NCBI RefSeq assembly: GCF_963921235.1
Contig: NC_086097.1
Location: 183,956,001 to 184,020,000 of the forward strand
From: Mobula hypostoma
Lineage: Eukaryota
Direction of reading: 5' to 3'
Length of the DNA stretch: 64,000 nucleotides
Shown: positions 1-13,900 of the stretch, piece by piece
How the letters are laid out: every line of letters starts with the position of its first letter
Position numbering within the stretch: the stretch's first letter is position 1
Notes under the pieces: generated by a model
The model's input: only the letters and a program-made list of their open reading frames with translations
What the model was told of the DNA's origin: nothing
The model's database searches: none
Program-made: the position numbers and the translations under genes

Positions 1-2190
1 AGTTAAGAAAGTGTTTAGTTGGAGTAAGAGGAAATATGAAGCTATCAGGCAGGAACTTGGAAGCATAAATTAGGAACAGAGGTTCTCAGGGAAATTTACA
101 GCAGAAATGTACAAATGTTCAGGGGATATTTGGGTGACATTCTGCATAGGTATGTTCCAATGAGACAGTGAAAGGATGTAGGGTACAGGAACCATGGTGT
201 ACAAGGGCTGTTGAAAATCTAGTCAAGAAGAAAAGAAACGCTTATGAAGGATTTTAAAAACTAGGTAATGAGAGAGATCTAGAAGATTATAAGGCTAGCA
301 GGAAGGAATTTAAGAATGAAATTAGGAGAGCCAGAACGGGCCATGAGAAGGCCTTGGTGAGCAGGATTGAGAAAAAAAGCACAAAGCATTCTACAAGTAT
401 ATGAAGAGCAAGAGGATAAGACATGAGAGAATAGGACCAATGAAGTGTGAGAGTGGAAAAGTGTGTATGGAACCGAAGGAGATAGCAGAGATACTTAAAG
501 AATATTTTGCTTCAGTATTCACAATGGAAAAGGATCTTGGCGATTGTAGGGATGATTTATAGCGGATTGAAAAGTTTGAGCTTAAGACATTAAGACATTA
601 AAAAAGAGGATGTGCTGGAGCTTTTGGAAAGTATCCAGTTGGATAAATCTCTGGGCCTGGTCAAGATGTATCCCAGGCGAGGGAGAAAATTGCTGAGCCT
701 CTGGCAATGATCTTTGTTTCATCAATGGGGACGGGAGAGGATCTGGAGGATTGGAGGGTTGCAGATGTTGTTCCCTTATTCAAGAAAGGGAGTAGAGATA
801 GCCCAGAAAATTATAGACCAGTAAGTCTTACTTCACTGTTTGGGAAGCTGATGGAAAAGATCCTGAGAGGTGGGAGTTATTAAAATTTGGAGTGACATAA
901 TATGATTAGGAATCGTCAGCATGGCTTTGTCAAAGGCAGGTTATGCCTTACAAGCCTGATTGAATTTTTTGAGGATGTGACTAAACACATTGATGAAGGT
1001 ACAGCAGTAGGTGTACTGTATATGGATTTCAGCAAGGGATCTGATAAGGTACCCCATGCAAGGCTTATTGAGAAAGTAAGGAGGCATGGGATCCAAGGAA
1101 CCTTGCTTTGCAGATCCAGAATTGGCTTCCCTACAGAAGGCAAAGAGTAGTTGTAGACGGGTCACATTCTGCATGGAGGTCAGTGACCAGTGGTGTGCCT
1201 CAGGGATCTGTTCTGGGACCCCTTCTTTTCGTGATTTTTATAAATGACCTGGATGAGGAAGTGGAGGGATGGGTTAGTAAATTTGCTGATGACACAAAGG
1301 TTGGAGGTGTTGTGGATAGTGTGGAGGACCGTCAGAGGTTACAGTAGGATATTGATAGGATACAAAACTGGGCTGAGATGTGACAGATGGAAATCAACAC
1401 AGTTAAGTGTGAGGTGGTTCATTTTGGTCGGTCAAATATGATGGCAGAATATACTATTAATGGTAAGACTCTTGGCAGTGTGGAGGATCAGAGGGATCTT
1501 GGAGTCCGAGTCCATAGGACACTCAAAGCTGCTGAGCAGGTTAACTCTATGGTTAAGAAGGCATACAGTGTATCGACCTTCATCAACCGTGGAATTGAGT
1601 TTAAGAGCTGAGAGGTAATGTTACAGCTATATAGGACCCTGGTCAGGCCCCACTTAGAGTACTGTGCTCAGTTCTGGTCATCTCACTACCGGAAGAATGT
1701 GGAAACCATAGAAAAGGTGCAGAGGAGATTTACAAGGATGTTGCCTGGATTGGGGAGCATGCCTTATGAAAACAGGTTGAGTAAACTCGGCCTTTTCTCC
1801 TTGGAGCGATGGAGGATGAGAGGTGACCTGATAGAGGTGTATAAGGTGATGAGAGGCATTGATCGTGTGGATAGTCAGAGGCTTTTTCCCAGAGCTGAAA
1901 TGGCTGCCACATGAAAGCACAAGTTTAAGGTGCTTGAAAATAGGTACAGAGGAGACGTCAGGGGTAAGTTTTTTACGCAGAGAGTGGTGAGTGTGTGGAA
2001 TGGGCTGCCGGCGTCGGTGGTGGAGGCGTCATGATAGGGTCTTTTAAATGACTCCTGGATAGGTATATGGAGCTTTGAAAAATAGAGGGCTATGGGTAAC
2101 CCTAGGTAATTTCTAAAGTAGGTACAGTACATGTTCCGCACATTGTGGGCCGAAGGGCCTGTATTGTGCTGTAGGTTGTATACATTTCTA
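1..2190 (+). mobile_element. CR1 LINE, 3' half of ORF2 (RT), degraded, with 3' UTR
   Basis: ORF pieces carry CR1 RT motifs ([51 protein letters not shown]) broken by stops and frameshifts; the CR1-type 3' end gggccgaagggcctgtattgtgctgta lies at ~2147-2173. Confidence 0.95.
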
Positions 2191-4502
2191 TATTCAATGT
2201 AGCATCACCTGTTGTAGATATTGAAGGGGAAGGGAAGTCAAAGATGGGAGAAGCATCAGCTGCTTATAGGAACAGACTGAAATTGCAACCGTGAGACATA
2301 TGAGCAGAATTAGGCCATGCTGCCCATCCAGAATGGTCCACTAATCCATCATAGCTGATTTATTATCCCTCTCCACCTCATTCTCCTGCCTTCTCCCCGT
2401 AAACTTTTGTGCCCTGACTAACCAAGAAACTATCAATCTCCACTTTCAATATACTTAATGACGATCTCCACAGATGTCTGTGGCAGTGAATTCTACAGAT
2501 TCACCACCTTCTGGCTAAAGAAATTCCTTCTCATGTTGCTCTATTCTGAGGCTATGTGCTCTGATCCTTGACTCACCCACTATAGAAAACATCCTCTCCA
2601 CATCCACTTGATGCAGGCCTTTTAATATTCAGTAGATTTCAATGACAACCCCAGAGCTATCAAATTCTCCTCATACATTAACCTAATCATTCCCGGAAAC
2701 CTTCCAGTGAAACTCCTGTGGACCATCTCTAAATTCTAGCACATCTTTTCTTAGATAAGGGGACCAAAAGTGTTCACAATACTCTAGGTGAGGTCTGACC
2801 AAACCATTATAAAACCTCAACATCACATCCTTTCTCTTATAAGAACATAAGACATAGGAGCAGAATTAGGCAATTGAATTGACTTTTTTACTTACATCCT
2901 TCATATTCACGAGGAGTAAAAATCTGTACATTATGTCTCTGTCTAAATGTGCAATGTACAATTTATAATAATTTACAATAAATAATACATACAACAGGAC
3001 AGTCAATGTAACATAGAAATACAGTTGTGTCAGCATGAATTAATCAGTCTGATGGCCTGGTGGAAGAAGCTGTCCCGGAGCCTGTTGGTCCTGGCTTTTA
3101 TGCTGCGGTACCGTTTCCCAGATGGTAGCAGCTGGAACAGTTTGTGGTTGGGGTGACTTGGGTCCCCAATGATCCCTCAGGCTCTTTTTATACACCTGTC
3201 TCTGTAAATGTCGTGAATAGTAGGAAGTTCACGTCTACAGTCCACACCATTCTCTGTAGAGTCCTGCAATTGAAGGAAGTACAGTTCCCATACCAGGCAG
3301 TGATGCAGCCAATCAGGATGCTCTCAGTTGTGCCCCAGTAGCAAGTTCTTAAGATTTGGGGACCCATACCAAACTTCTTCAACCATCTGAGGTGAAAGAG
3401 GTGCTGTTGTGCCTTTTTCACCACACAGCCGGTATGTGCAGACCACGTGAGATCCTTGGTGATGTGTATGCTATTCATCTTCTGAACCCCAGATCCATTG
3501 ATGTCTATAGGTGTTAGCCTGTCTCTATTCCTCCTGTAGTCCACAACCACCTCCTTTGTTTTTGCGGAATTGAGGAAGAGGTTGTTTTCTTGACACCACT
3601 TGTCAGGGTGATGAATTCTTCTCTGTAGGGTGCCTTGTTATTATTTGAGATTAGGCCAATCAATGTAGTGTTGTCAGCAAATTTAATTAGTAGTTTGGAG
3701 CTGTGCGTGGCGACACAGTCATGAGTACATAGAGAGTAAAGGAGGGGGCTTAGGACCTGTGTTGAGAGTTAGAGGGGCAGAGGTGAGGGAGCCCACTCTT
3801 ACCACCTGCCGGCGATCTGACAAGAGATCTAGGATCCAGCTACACAAGGCAGAGTGAAGGCCCAGGTCTCTAAGCTTCATTGTGAAGCATGGAGGGAATT
3901 ATAGTGTTGAATGCTAAACTGTTGTCCAAGAACAGCATTCTACATAAGCATCCTTCTTCTCCAGATGTGTAAGGATGGTGTGCAGAGCTGGGGTTATTGT
4001 GTCATCTGCCGATTGGTTGCATTGGTAGGTGAATTGTAGGGGGTCCAGTGTGGGTGGCAGCATGCTGCAGATGTAGTCCTTGACCAGCCTCTCAAAGCAT
4101 TTGCTTATTATTGAGGTGAGTGCAACAGGACACCAGTCATTCAGACATGTTACCTTGGTCTTTTTAGGTACAGGAACAACAGTGGATGTTTTGAAGCAGG
4201 AGGGCACTCTACACTGGGAGAGGGAGAGAGTAAAAATGTCTGTAAACACACTAGCCAATTGTGCCGTGCACACTCTGAGTTCCCGCCCTGGGATGCTGTC
4301 TGGTCCCACAGCCTTGCGACTGTCCACTCATTGGAAACACCTGCATATTTCATTCTCAGAGATGACGAACGTGCAGGTCTCTTTGGCGGCTCTGCTCAGG
4401 GGCTCAATGTTGGCAACATCAAATCGAGCTTAAAAAAGATTTAGCTCATCTGGGGGAGAGGTAGTGATGTTGGAAACAGCACTGTGTTTAGCTTTGAAGT
4501 CT

Positions 4503-7040
4503 ATGCTGGGACCATTGTTGTTCATTGTCTATATCAAAGATCTAGATGATAATGTGGTAAATTGGATCAGCAAGTTTGCGATGACACTATGATTAGAGGC
4601 ATTGTGGACAGTGAGGAAGGCTTTCAAAGCTTGTAGAGGAATCTGGACCAAGTGGAAAAATGGGGTAGAAAATGGCAGATGGAATTTAATGCAGACAAGT
4701 GTGAGGTGTTGCATTTTGGAAGGACAAATCAAGGTAGGACATATACAGTAAATGGCAGGGCACTGAGGAGTGTGGAGCAACATAGGGATCTGAGAGTTCA
4801 GATACATAATTCCCTGAAAGTGGCGTCACAGGTAGACAGGGTTGTAAGGAAGGCTTTTGGGATCCTGGCATTCATAAATCAAAGTATTGAGTATAGAAGT
4901 TGGGATGTTATGGTATATAAGACATTGGTGAGGCCAAATTTGGAGTATTGTGTGCAGTTCTGGTCATCTAACAATAGGAAGGATATCAGTAAGATTGAAA
5001 GAGTGCAGAGAAGATTTACTAGCATGTTGCCGGGTCTTCAGGAGTTGAGTTACAGGGAAAAATTGAACAGGTTGGGACTTTATTTCTTGGAGCGTAGAAG
5101 AATGAGGGGGGATTTGTCATAGTCATAGTCATAGTTATACTTTATTGATCCCGGGGGAAATTGGTTTTCGTTACTGTTGCACCATAAATAATAAATAATA
5201 ATAAAATCATAAATAGTTAAATAGTAATATGTAAATTATGCCAGGAAATAAGTCCAGGACCAGCCTATTGGCTCAGGGTGTCTGACCCTCCAAGGGAGGA
5301 GTTGTAAAGTTTGATGGCCACAGGCAGGAATGACTTCCTTTGACGCTCTGTGTTGCATCTCGTTGGAATGAGTCTCTGGCTGAATGTACTGCTGTGCCCA
5401 ACCAGTACATTATGTAGTGGATGGGAGACATTGTCCAAGATGGCATGCAACATGGACAGCATCCTCTTTTCAGACACCACCGTCAGAGAGTCCAGTTCCA
5501 TCCCCACAATATCACTGGCCTTACGAATGAGTTTGTTGATTCTGTTAGTGTTTGCTACCCTCAGCCTGCTGCCCCAGCACACAACAGCATACATAATAGC
5601 ACTGGCCACCACAGACTCGTAGAACATCCTCAGCATTGTCCGGCAGATGGTAAAGGACCTCAGTCTCCTCAGGAAATAGAGATGGCTCTGACCCTTCTTG
5701 TAGACAGCCTCAGTGTTCTTTGACCAGTCCAGTTTATTGTCAATTCATATCCCCCGGTATTTGTAATCCTCTACCATGTCCACACTGACCTCCTGGATGG
5801 AAACAGGGGTCACTGGTACCTTAGCTCTCCTCAGGTCTACCACCAGCTCCTTAGTCTTTTTCACATTAAGCTGCAGATAATTCTGCTCACACCAGGTGAT
5901 AAAGTTTCTTACTGTAGCCCTGTACTCAGCCTCATCTCCCTTGCTGATGCATCCAACTATGGCAGAGTCATCAGAAAACTTCTGAAGATGACAAGGCTCT
6001 GTGCAGTAGTTGAAGTTTGAGGTGTAAATCGTGAAGAGAAAGGGAGACAAGACAGTCCCCTGTGGAGCCCCAGTGTTGCTGATCACTCTGTCAGACACAC
6101 AGTGTTGCAAGCACACATACTGTGGTCTGCCAGTCAGGTAATCAAGAATCCATGATACCAGGAAAGCATCCCACCTGCATCGCTGTCAGCTTCTCCCCCA
6201 GCAGTGTGGGGCGGATGGTGTTGAACGCACTGGAGAAGTCAAAAAACATGACCCTCACAGTGCTTGCTGGCTTGTCCAGGTGGGCGTAGACATGGTTCAG
6301 CAGGTAGACAATGGCATCCTCAACTCCTAGTTGGGGCTGGTAGGCGAACTGGAGGGGATCTAAGTGTGGCCTGACCATAGGCCGGAGCAGCTCCAGAACA
6401 AGTCTCCAGGGTCTTCATGATGTGAGAGGTCAATGCCACCGGTCTGTAGTCATTGAGGCCGCTGGGGCGTGGCGTCTTCGGCACAGGGACGAGGCAGGAC
6501 GTCTTCCACAGCACAGGAACCCTCCGGAGCCTCAGGCTCAGGTTGAAGACATGGCGAAGTACTCCACGTAGTTGAGGGGCACAGGCTTTGAGCACCCTGG
6601 TACTGACACCATCCGGTCCTGCAGCCTTGCTTGGGTTGAGACGTTTCAGCTGTCTTGGAGGGAATTTGATAGAGGTTTACAAAATTATGAGGGGTATAGA
6701 CAGAGTAAATGCAACTAGGCTCTTTCCACTTAGATTTGGAGAGATATATACGAGAGGACATGGCTTTGGGGTGAAAGGGGAAAAGTTTAGGGGGAACTTC
6801 TTCACGGAGGGGGAAACTTCTTCACGGAGGGTGGTGGGAGTGTGGAACGAGCTGGCATCTGGCGTGGTAAATGTGGGTTCAGTCTTAGGTTTTAAGAATA
6901 AATTGGATAGATACATGGACGGGAGAGGTCTGGAGGGTTATGGACTGGGTGCAGGTCAATGGAACTAGCGGAATAAAGTTTTGTCACAGACTAGAAGGGC
7001 CAAATGGCCTGTTTTCTGTGCTGTAGTGTTCTATGGTTTT
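4503..7040 (+). mobile_element. 5'-truncated CR1 (copy D) inserted in Rex copy C (segments 4503-5116 and 6656-7040)
   Basis: ORF 4652..5122 ends at RRMRGDL and the motif resumes as GNLIEVYKIMRG at ~6660; CR1 3' tail at ~6995-7040. Confidence 0.92.
5117..6655 (-). mobile_element. Rex1/Babar-type LINE (copy E), innermost insertion
   Basis: ORFs 5265..5636, 5745..6116, 6142..6378 and 6320..6595 (GAPQGTVLSPFLF, QKFSDD, DFSSAFNTI); (tcatag)n tail at 5117-5136; imperfect TSD ggggatttg / gggaatttg. Confidence 0.92.
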
Positions 7041-10000
7041 ATGTGTGCAGACCTTGCCATAAGGCCATAAGCTGCGTGTGTTGTTGGTGGAGAGTTGTAT
7101 CTGGATCTTGCCCCTGTGTTGTTGTTTTGCTGCCTCGATGACTTTGCGCAGGTCATAGCTGCATTTCTTGTGTTTCTGTTGGTCATCGGCAATGTAAGCT
7201 CTGTATCGCACAGTAAGTGCTGCTCGCACGGAACTGTTGATCCAGGCTTTCTGATTAGGATAGACTCTGACCGATTTCTGGCGGACAACATCCTCGATGC
7301 ACGTCTGGATGATACTCGTGACCCCTTCATCTTCATCATGGAAGACATTCCAGTTGATGTCTTCAAAGCAGTGCTGTAGCATGGAGGCCGAATGCTTGGA
7401 CCAACAGTGGACGGTTTTAACTATGGCCGCCTCCTGTTCCAGCTTCTGCCTGTAGCTCAGCAGCAGCAAGATGGAGGAGTGATCAGATTTTCCAAACAGC
7501 CCATCAAATCTGCTCTGCTATTTCATCACGGCTGATCCACTTTCCCTCTCAGCCACAATCTCCAACCTTCTCCCTGTATCCATTCATGTCCTGGCTAATC
7601 AAGAATCTATGAACATCTGCCTTAAATATACCCAATAACTTGACCTCCATAGCTGCCGGTGGCAATGATTTCCACAGGTCAACCACTCTATGGCTAAAGA
7701 AATTCCTCCTCATCTCCATTCTAAAAGGACAATCCTCTATTCTGAGGCCATGTTCTCTGGTCTTAGACCTCCCCACCATAGGAAACATTCTCTCCACATC
7801 CACTCTATCAAAGCCTTTCAATCTTAGGTGTGTTTCAATGAGGTCACCCCACATTTTTCCAAATTCCAGTAAGTACAGGCCCAGAGCCATCAAACGCTCT
7901 TCATATGACAAGCCTGCCAATCCTGGAATCATTTTTGTGAACCTCCTTTGAACCCCCTCCAATGTCAGCACAGCCTTTCTTAGATAAGGGACACAAAACA
8001 GCTCACAATACTCAATGAACCCTCACCAGTGCTTTATAAATCCTCAAAATTACACCCTTACTTTTATATTCTAGGTTCCTCTTGAAATAAATGCTATCAT
8101 CACATTTGCCTTCTTCACCACCGGCTCAATCTACAAATTAACCTTTAAGTAATCGTGCAAAAGCACTCCCAAATCTCTTTGCATCTTAGAGTTTTGAATT
8201 TTCTCTCTATTTAGTAAATAGTCATACTTTTATTTCTTCTATCAAAGTGCATGATGATACACTTCCTAACATTGTATTCCATCTGCCACTTCTTTGCCCG
8301 TTCTTTGAATCTGACTAATCCCTTTTGTAGCTTCTCTACTTCCTCAGAAACCACCTGCTCCTCTACCTATGTTTGTATCGTCTGCAAACTTTGCAACAAA
8401 GCCATCCATTCCATTATCCAGTCACTGCCATATAATGCAAAAAGAATTGGCCTGAACACAGACCTCTAGGGAATACCACTAGTTACTGGCAGCCAACCAG
8501 AAAAGGCTCTCTTTATTTCCAGTCTTTGACTCCTACCAATAAGCTACTGCTTTATCTACGTTATCTTTCCTGTAATGTCATGGGCGCTTAACTTGTTAAG
8601 CAGGCTCATGTGTGGCACCTTGTCAAAGGCCTTCTGAAAATCTGAGTACACAACATCAACCCATTCTCTTTTGTCTATCTTGCTTGTTATTTCATCAACA
8701 AATTCCAACAGATTTGTCAGGCAAGATTTCCTTTTAAGGAAACCATGATAATTATGGCATATTTTATCATGTGCCTCCAGGCACCCTGAGACCTCATCCT
8801 TAATAATTGACTCCAACATCTTCCCATTCACTGAGGTCAGATTAACTGGCCTATAATTTCCTTTCTTCAGCCTCTCTCCTTTATTTCTCTATTATATGCC
8901 CTCTCTTTGGGCTTTCATGTTGGCTTTAACTTCTCTCGTTAGCCATGTTGTGTGACCTTGCCTTTAGAATACTCTTCTTCTTTAGGATGTATATATCCTG
9001 CAATTTCTGATTTGCTTCCAGAAATTCCAGCTGTTGCTGCTCTGCCGTCATCTCTGCCAGTGTTTTTTTCCAATCAATTTTGACCTGCTCCTCTATTACT
9101 GATACATCTGACTTTAGCTTCTCCTTCTCAAATTTTCAGTGTGAATTAAATCACATTATGATCATTCGGTCTTAAGAGTTCCTTTACTTTAAGCTCTCTA
9201 ATTAATTTGATCTACACCCAATCCAGAATAGCTAATGCCCTAGTGGACTCAACGACAGGCTGCTATAGAAAGCTATCTTGTAAACATATGTTCTAGTCCT
9301 CTCAAAATGAATGCTAACATTGTATTTGCCTTCTTTACCACTGACTCAGCCTGAAAGTTAACCTTTAGGGAATCCTGCATAAAAAACACTCAAGTCCCTT
9401 TACACCTCCGATTTTGGATATTCTCCCCATGTAGAAACCAGTCCATTCCTTTATTCCTTCCACCAAAGTGCATGATAATGCAACTCCCTACATTATATTC
9501 CACCTGCCACTTCTTTGTCCGTTCTCCCAATCTGACCAAGACCTCGGCAGTCTCCCTACTTCCTCAATAATCATTGCTCCTCCACTTATCTTTGTATTAC
9601 CTGCAAACTTGGCCACAAAGTCTTCAATTCTGTCATCTGATTGTTGACATGTAGCTTGAAAAGTAGCAGTCACAATGCCAACCCCTACGGAACACCACTA
9701 GTCACTGGCAGCCCCCTGTATTGTGACTCTTTGCCTCCTGATGTTCAGCCAATCTTCTATCCATGCTAGTGCCTTTCCTGTAAGAGCATGGGCTTTTACC
9801 TTGATAGGCAGCCTCAGGTGTGGCACCTTGTCAAAGGCCTTCTGAAAATCCAAATAATCAACATCCACTAACCCTCCTTAGTATATGCTGCCTGTTATTT
9901 CATCAAAGTATTCCGACAGATATTTCAGGCAAGATTTCTCATTTTGTAAACCATGGTGACTTTGGCCCATTTTATCACATGCCTCCAAGTACCCAAGACC

Positions 10001-10148
10001 TCATCTTTAGTAATCATCTTTCCAACCACTGAAGTCAGGCTAACTGGCCTATAATGTCCTTTGTTCTGCCTCCTTCCCTTCTTAAAGACTGGAGTGACAT
10101 TTGCAATTTTCCAGTCCTCCAAAACCATTCCAGAAACTAGTGATTCTT

Positions 10149-11365
10149 AGAAACATAGAAACATAGAAAACCTACAGCACAATACAGGCCCTTCGGCCCA
10201 CAAAGTTGTGTCGAACATGTGCCTACCGTAGAAATTACTAGGCTTACCCATAGCCCTCTATTTTTCTAAGCTCCATGTCCCTATCCAAAAGTCTCTTAAA
10301 AGACCCTATCGTATCTACCTCCACCACTGTCGCCGGCAGCCCATTCCATGCAGTCACCACTCTGCATAAAAAATGTACCCGTGACAACTCCTCTGTACTT
10401 ACCCCCAAGCACCTTAAACCTATGCCCTATTGTGGCAGCCATTTCAGCCCTGGGAAAAAGCCTCTGACTATCCACACGATCAATGCCTCTCATCATCTTA
10501 TACACCTTTATCAGGTCACCTCTCATCCTCCGTCGCTCCAAGGAGAAAAGGCCGAGTTCACTCAACCTGTTTTCATAAGGCATGCTCCCCAATCCAGGAA
10601 AAATCCTTGTAAATCTCTGCACCCTTTCTATGGTTTCCACATTCTTCCTCTAGTGAGGCAACCAGAACTGAGCACAGTACTCCAAGTGGGGTCTGACCAG
10701 GGTCCTATATAGCTGCAACATTACCTCTCGGCTCTTAAACTCAATACCACGGTTGATGAAGGCCAATGCACCATATGCCTTTTTAACCACAGAGTCAACC
10801 TGGGCAGCTGCTTTGAGTGTCCTATGGACTCAGACCCCAAGATCCCTCTGATCCTTCACACTGCCAAGAGTCTTACCGTTAATACTATATTCTGCCATCA
10901 TATTTGACCTACCAAAATGAACCACTTCACACTTATCTGGGTTGAACTCCATCTGCCACTTCTCAGCCCAGTTTTGCATCCTATCAATGTCCAACTATAA
11001 ATTCTGACAGCCCTCCACACTATTCACAACACTCCCAACCTTTGTGTCATCAGCAAACTTACTAACCCATCCCTTCATTTCCTTATCCAGGTCATTTATA
11101 AAAATCACGAAGAGTAGGGGTCCCAGAAGAGATCTCTGAGGCACACCACTGGTCACCAAACTCCATGCAGAATATGACCCATCTACAACCACTCTTTGCC
11201 TTCTGTGGGCAAGCCAGTTTTGGATCCACAAAGCAATGTCACCTTTCATCCAATACCTCTTTACTTTCTCAATAAGCCTTGCATGGGGTACCTTGTCAAA
11301 TGCCTTGCTGAAATCCATATACACTACACCTACTACTCTTCCTTCATCAATGTGTTTAGTCACAT
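10149..11365 (-). mobile_element. 5'-truncated CR1, same subfamily as 1-2190, inserted in copy A
   Basis: (agaaacat)n tail at 10149; RT ORFs 10296..10640 and 10995..11363; TSD-like tagtgattctt (10138-10148) / taatgattctt (11365-11375). Confidence 0.93.
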
Positions 11366-12269
11366 AATGATTCTTGAAAAATCATTACTAATGCCTCCAT
11401 AATCTCTTCAGCTTCCTCTTTCAGAAAACTGGGCTGCAATCCATTTGGTCTAGGTGACTAATCTACCTTCAGACCTTTCAACTTCCCAAGCGCCTTTTCC
11501 TTATTCTTAGCAAGTACACTCACATCGGTCCTCTAACACTTGCATTTCTGGCATTGTGCTATGCCTTAAACCGTGAAGGCTGACGTAAACACTTAATGCT
11601 TCTTCACTATTTCATCGGCTCTCATTACTACCTCTCCAGCATCATTTTCCAGCAGACACTCACACTTATCTCTCTTTTATTCTTTATATATCTGAAAAAA
11701 AATTTGTATTCTTCTTTATACTATTAGATAGCTTACCTTCATGTTTCATCTTTCCTCTCCTTACGGTTTTTTATTGCATTCTGTTGGTTTTTAAAAACTT
11801 CTGAATCCTCTACCTTCCCACTTTTTCTTTTATGCTGTCCTTGACTTCTCGTCAGCCACAGTTGCTTCATCCTCCATTCTTCATCTTTGGGATATATCTT
11901 TCCTGCACCTCCCAAATTTCCCCCATAAGCATCAGCCATTGCTTTTCAACCCCGATAGTGCCCCAACTTCGGCCTGCTTCTCTCTCAATAATTTCCCTTT
12001 ACTCCACTGTAATATTGATACATCTAATTTTATCATCTTCTTCTCAGCCACAGGGTGTATTCTATCACATTATGATCACTGTCTCTAAAGAGTTTCTTTA
12101 CTTTAAGCTTCCTAATCAAATATCTGTCATTATACAACACCTAATCCAGAATTGCTGTTCCCCTAATGGACTCAGCCACAAGCTGCTCTAGAAAGCCACC
12201 TCATAGCCATTCTACAAATTCCTGCTCTTAGGATCCAGTACCAACTGGATTTTCCCAACCTACCTGCAT

Positions 12270-12350
12270 ATTAGATTATGAAGGCATGCAGTCCTCTTTT
12301 ATTGTCATTTAGTAATGCATGCATTAAGAAATGATACAATATTTCCTCCC
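12270..12350 (-). mobile_element. Short Rex/Babar-type 3' tail insertion
   Basis: Its reverse complement matches the 3' end of the element at ~63215-63290 (gtatcatttcttaatgcatg...aaatgacaataaa...gaggactg...cataatcta). Confidence 0.7.
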
Positions 12351-12410
12351 ATGATTATCACAACAGTTCCCTTTCTATATGTCTTTTGTATTTCCTGTTG
12401 TAATTTATAA

Positions 12411-12525
12411 AGATCAGAAAGTCTGCTGATGCTGGAAATCCAAAGCAACACAAATACTGAAGGAACTCTTCAAGTTAGGCAGCATTTATGGAAGCCTGAA
12501 ACCAGTCCTGCACTTTGTGTGTGCT
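12411..12525 (-). mobile_element. Penelope-type terminal sequence fragment
   Basis: tctgctgatgctggaaatccaaagcaacac...ggaactc...ggcagcat resembles the Penelope terminus at 38950-39025. Confidence 0.65.
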
Positions 12526-13479
12526 CCTGTTGGAATTTGTCGCCCACATCCTGGCTACTGTTCGGAAGCCTGTATATAAGTCCTATCAGGTTCTTTTTAT
12601 CCTTGCAGTTTCTTAACTCTACACACAAAGAATCTACATCTTCTGATCCTATGTCACCTCTTTCCAAGGATTTGATTTAATTTTTACTAATACCAGCCAT
12701 CCAATATCCACTGTCAGCTCTTTTACTCTTTATATACCTGAGAAAGCTTTTGGTATCCTCTTAGCTTACTTCATATTTCATCTTTTCACTCTGTTCTTTA
12801 TTAGCAACACTTTTAAAACTTACCTTTCTAACATTATAGACATTATTCTGCATGTAACTAACAATAATAAGATGAATGTTTTCATAAAAACAGAAAATGA
12901 TAGAAACACTCAGCAAGTGAAACAGCATCTGTGGTGCGAGAAATAGTCACTGCTGCAGGACAATGTCACAGAATTGCTATTAAAAATTGTTGACCTCATT
13001 ATTGAATTCTGAAGACAGCAAAATGTCTAGCTGGATGATGAGAGTTAGAAACATTTTTGAACTATGAGAAGTGCATTAAAAAAGCTCCACAAGGGGGCTT
13101 ATCCTGGCTTTGTGAGAGATCTATGGTATCATGCTTTTTAGAACTGCCTTTGTACTCTTGGTGAGCACAAAGGTCTTTCCACTCCCAGATTTGACTGCTG
13201 CTTAAAGTGTTAGGCATAAAATCATAAATTACAAAGCAGAGAATCACACAAAATAGATTCTAGCATTAGCTTCTCTGACTCATTTGGAATCATTAGTTTT
13301 GTAATCTACAGGTGAAACTTTTTTAAAAAAGGAGGAAATATCTATTATCTGCAAACAATTCTTTTTCTCATGGATTGACATTGCTTACTAATTCTAATGA
13401 GACAGAATATTAGTGTAGCAGCATTATAAATATTCTCAAACAGATTGTTTTCTGATTTTCTTACACCTACCACCCAGAA

Positions 13480-13900
13480 TAATTTTCTTCATATCTCCAA
13501 GTACTCAGTATCTTTGTCTTTTGTACTTAATTATATTGTTTGCTTCAACATTTTTCCCTGGGTACTTATTCCATAATTCTAGCCCTTTTTGTAATATACT
13601 TTTGATTGCAATACAAATTTTTAAATTTGTGCCCCTTGGAAATTGAACCCTTTATACTGTTAATTAGTTGTCTGGATCAAGTGTGTCAATTTTCTTCTTG
13701 CTCTTGAAAACCACAAATAGTTTTCCTTAAAGCCTTTGTCATTCAAAGAAGGATTATCTAACCAGCTCCATTAAAATTAAATTCTATGTTGCTCAATTGT
13801 ACACCCTTTCAATAATATTTCCCTGTGAGCATGTATCAAGAACTGCACATATTACACCAAATGTGGTCAGCCATATCATATACAGCAACAATAGAATGCT
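13480..13900 (-). mobile_element. Very old CR1 3' fragment
   Basis: Residual CR1-like stretches (aagaactgcacatattacaccaaatgtggtc); heavily decayed. Confidence 0.4.

Larger units (their letters stand above)
2872..7496 (-). mobile_element. Rex1/Babar-type LINE (copy C) inserted in CR1 copy B (segments ~2872-4502 and 7041-7496)
   Basis: ORFs 3188..3550, 3914..4327 and 6984..7469 have Rex/Babar RT motifs ([44 protein letters not shown]); short aattg repeat tail at ~2872. Confidence 0.88.
2841..9287 (-). mobile_element. CR1 copy B inserted in copy A (segments 2841-2875 and 7497-9287)
   Basis: The tail aagaacataagacataggagcagaattaggc at 2841 is continued by cagcccatcaaatctgctctgc at 7497. ORFs 7549..7971 and 8556..8831 are CR1 RT. 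Confidence 0.85.
2292..12715 (-). mobile_element. CR1 copy A, outermost host of a nested stack (segments ~2292-2840, 9288-10148, 11366-12410, 12526-12715)
   Basis: Reverse CR1 3' tail at ~2292. The sequence breaks at ...tttctcttat (2840) and resumes at ttctagtcctctcaaaatgaatgctaac (~9291). RT and EN motifs appear in ORFs 9488..9673, 9925..10128 and 12470..12667. Confidence 0.8.

Noticed and set aside
13131..13166. Short hydrophobic ATG exon (MLFRTAFVLL followed by gtgagc)
   Set aside because: Only 10 codons, with no clear promoter motif or downstream exon; likely chance.
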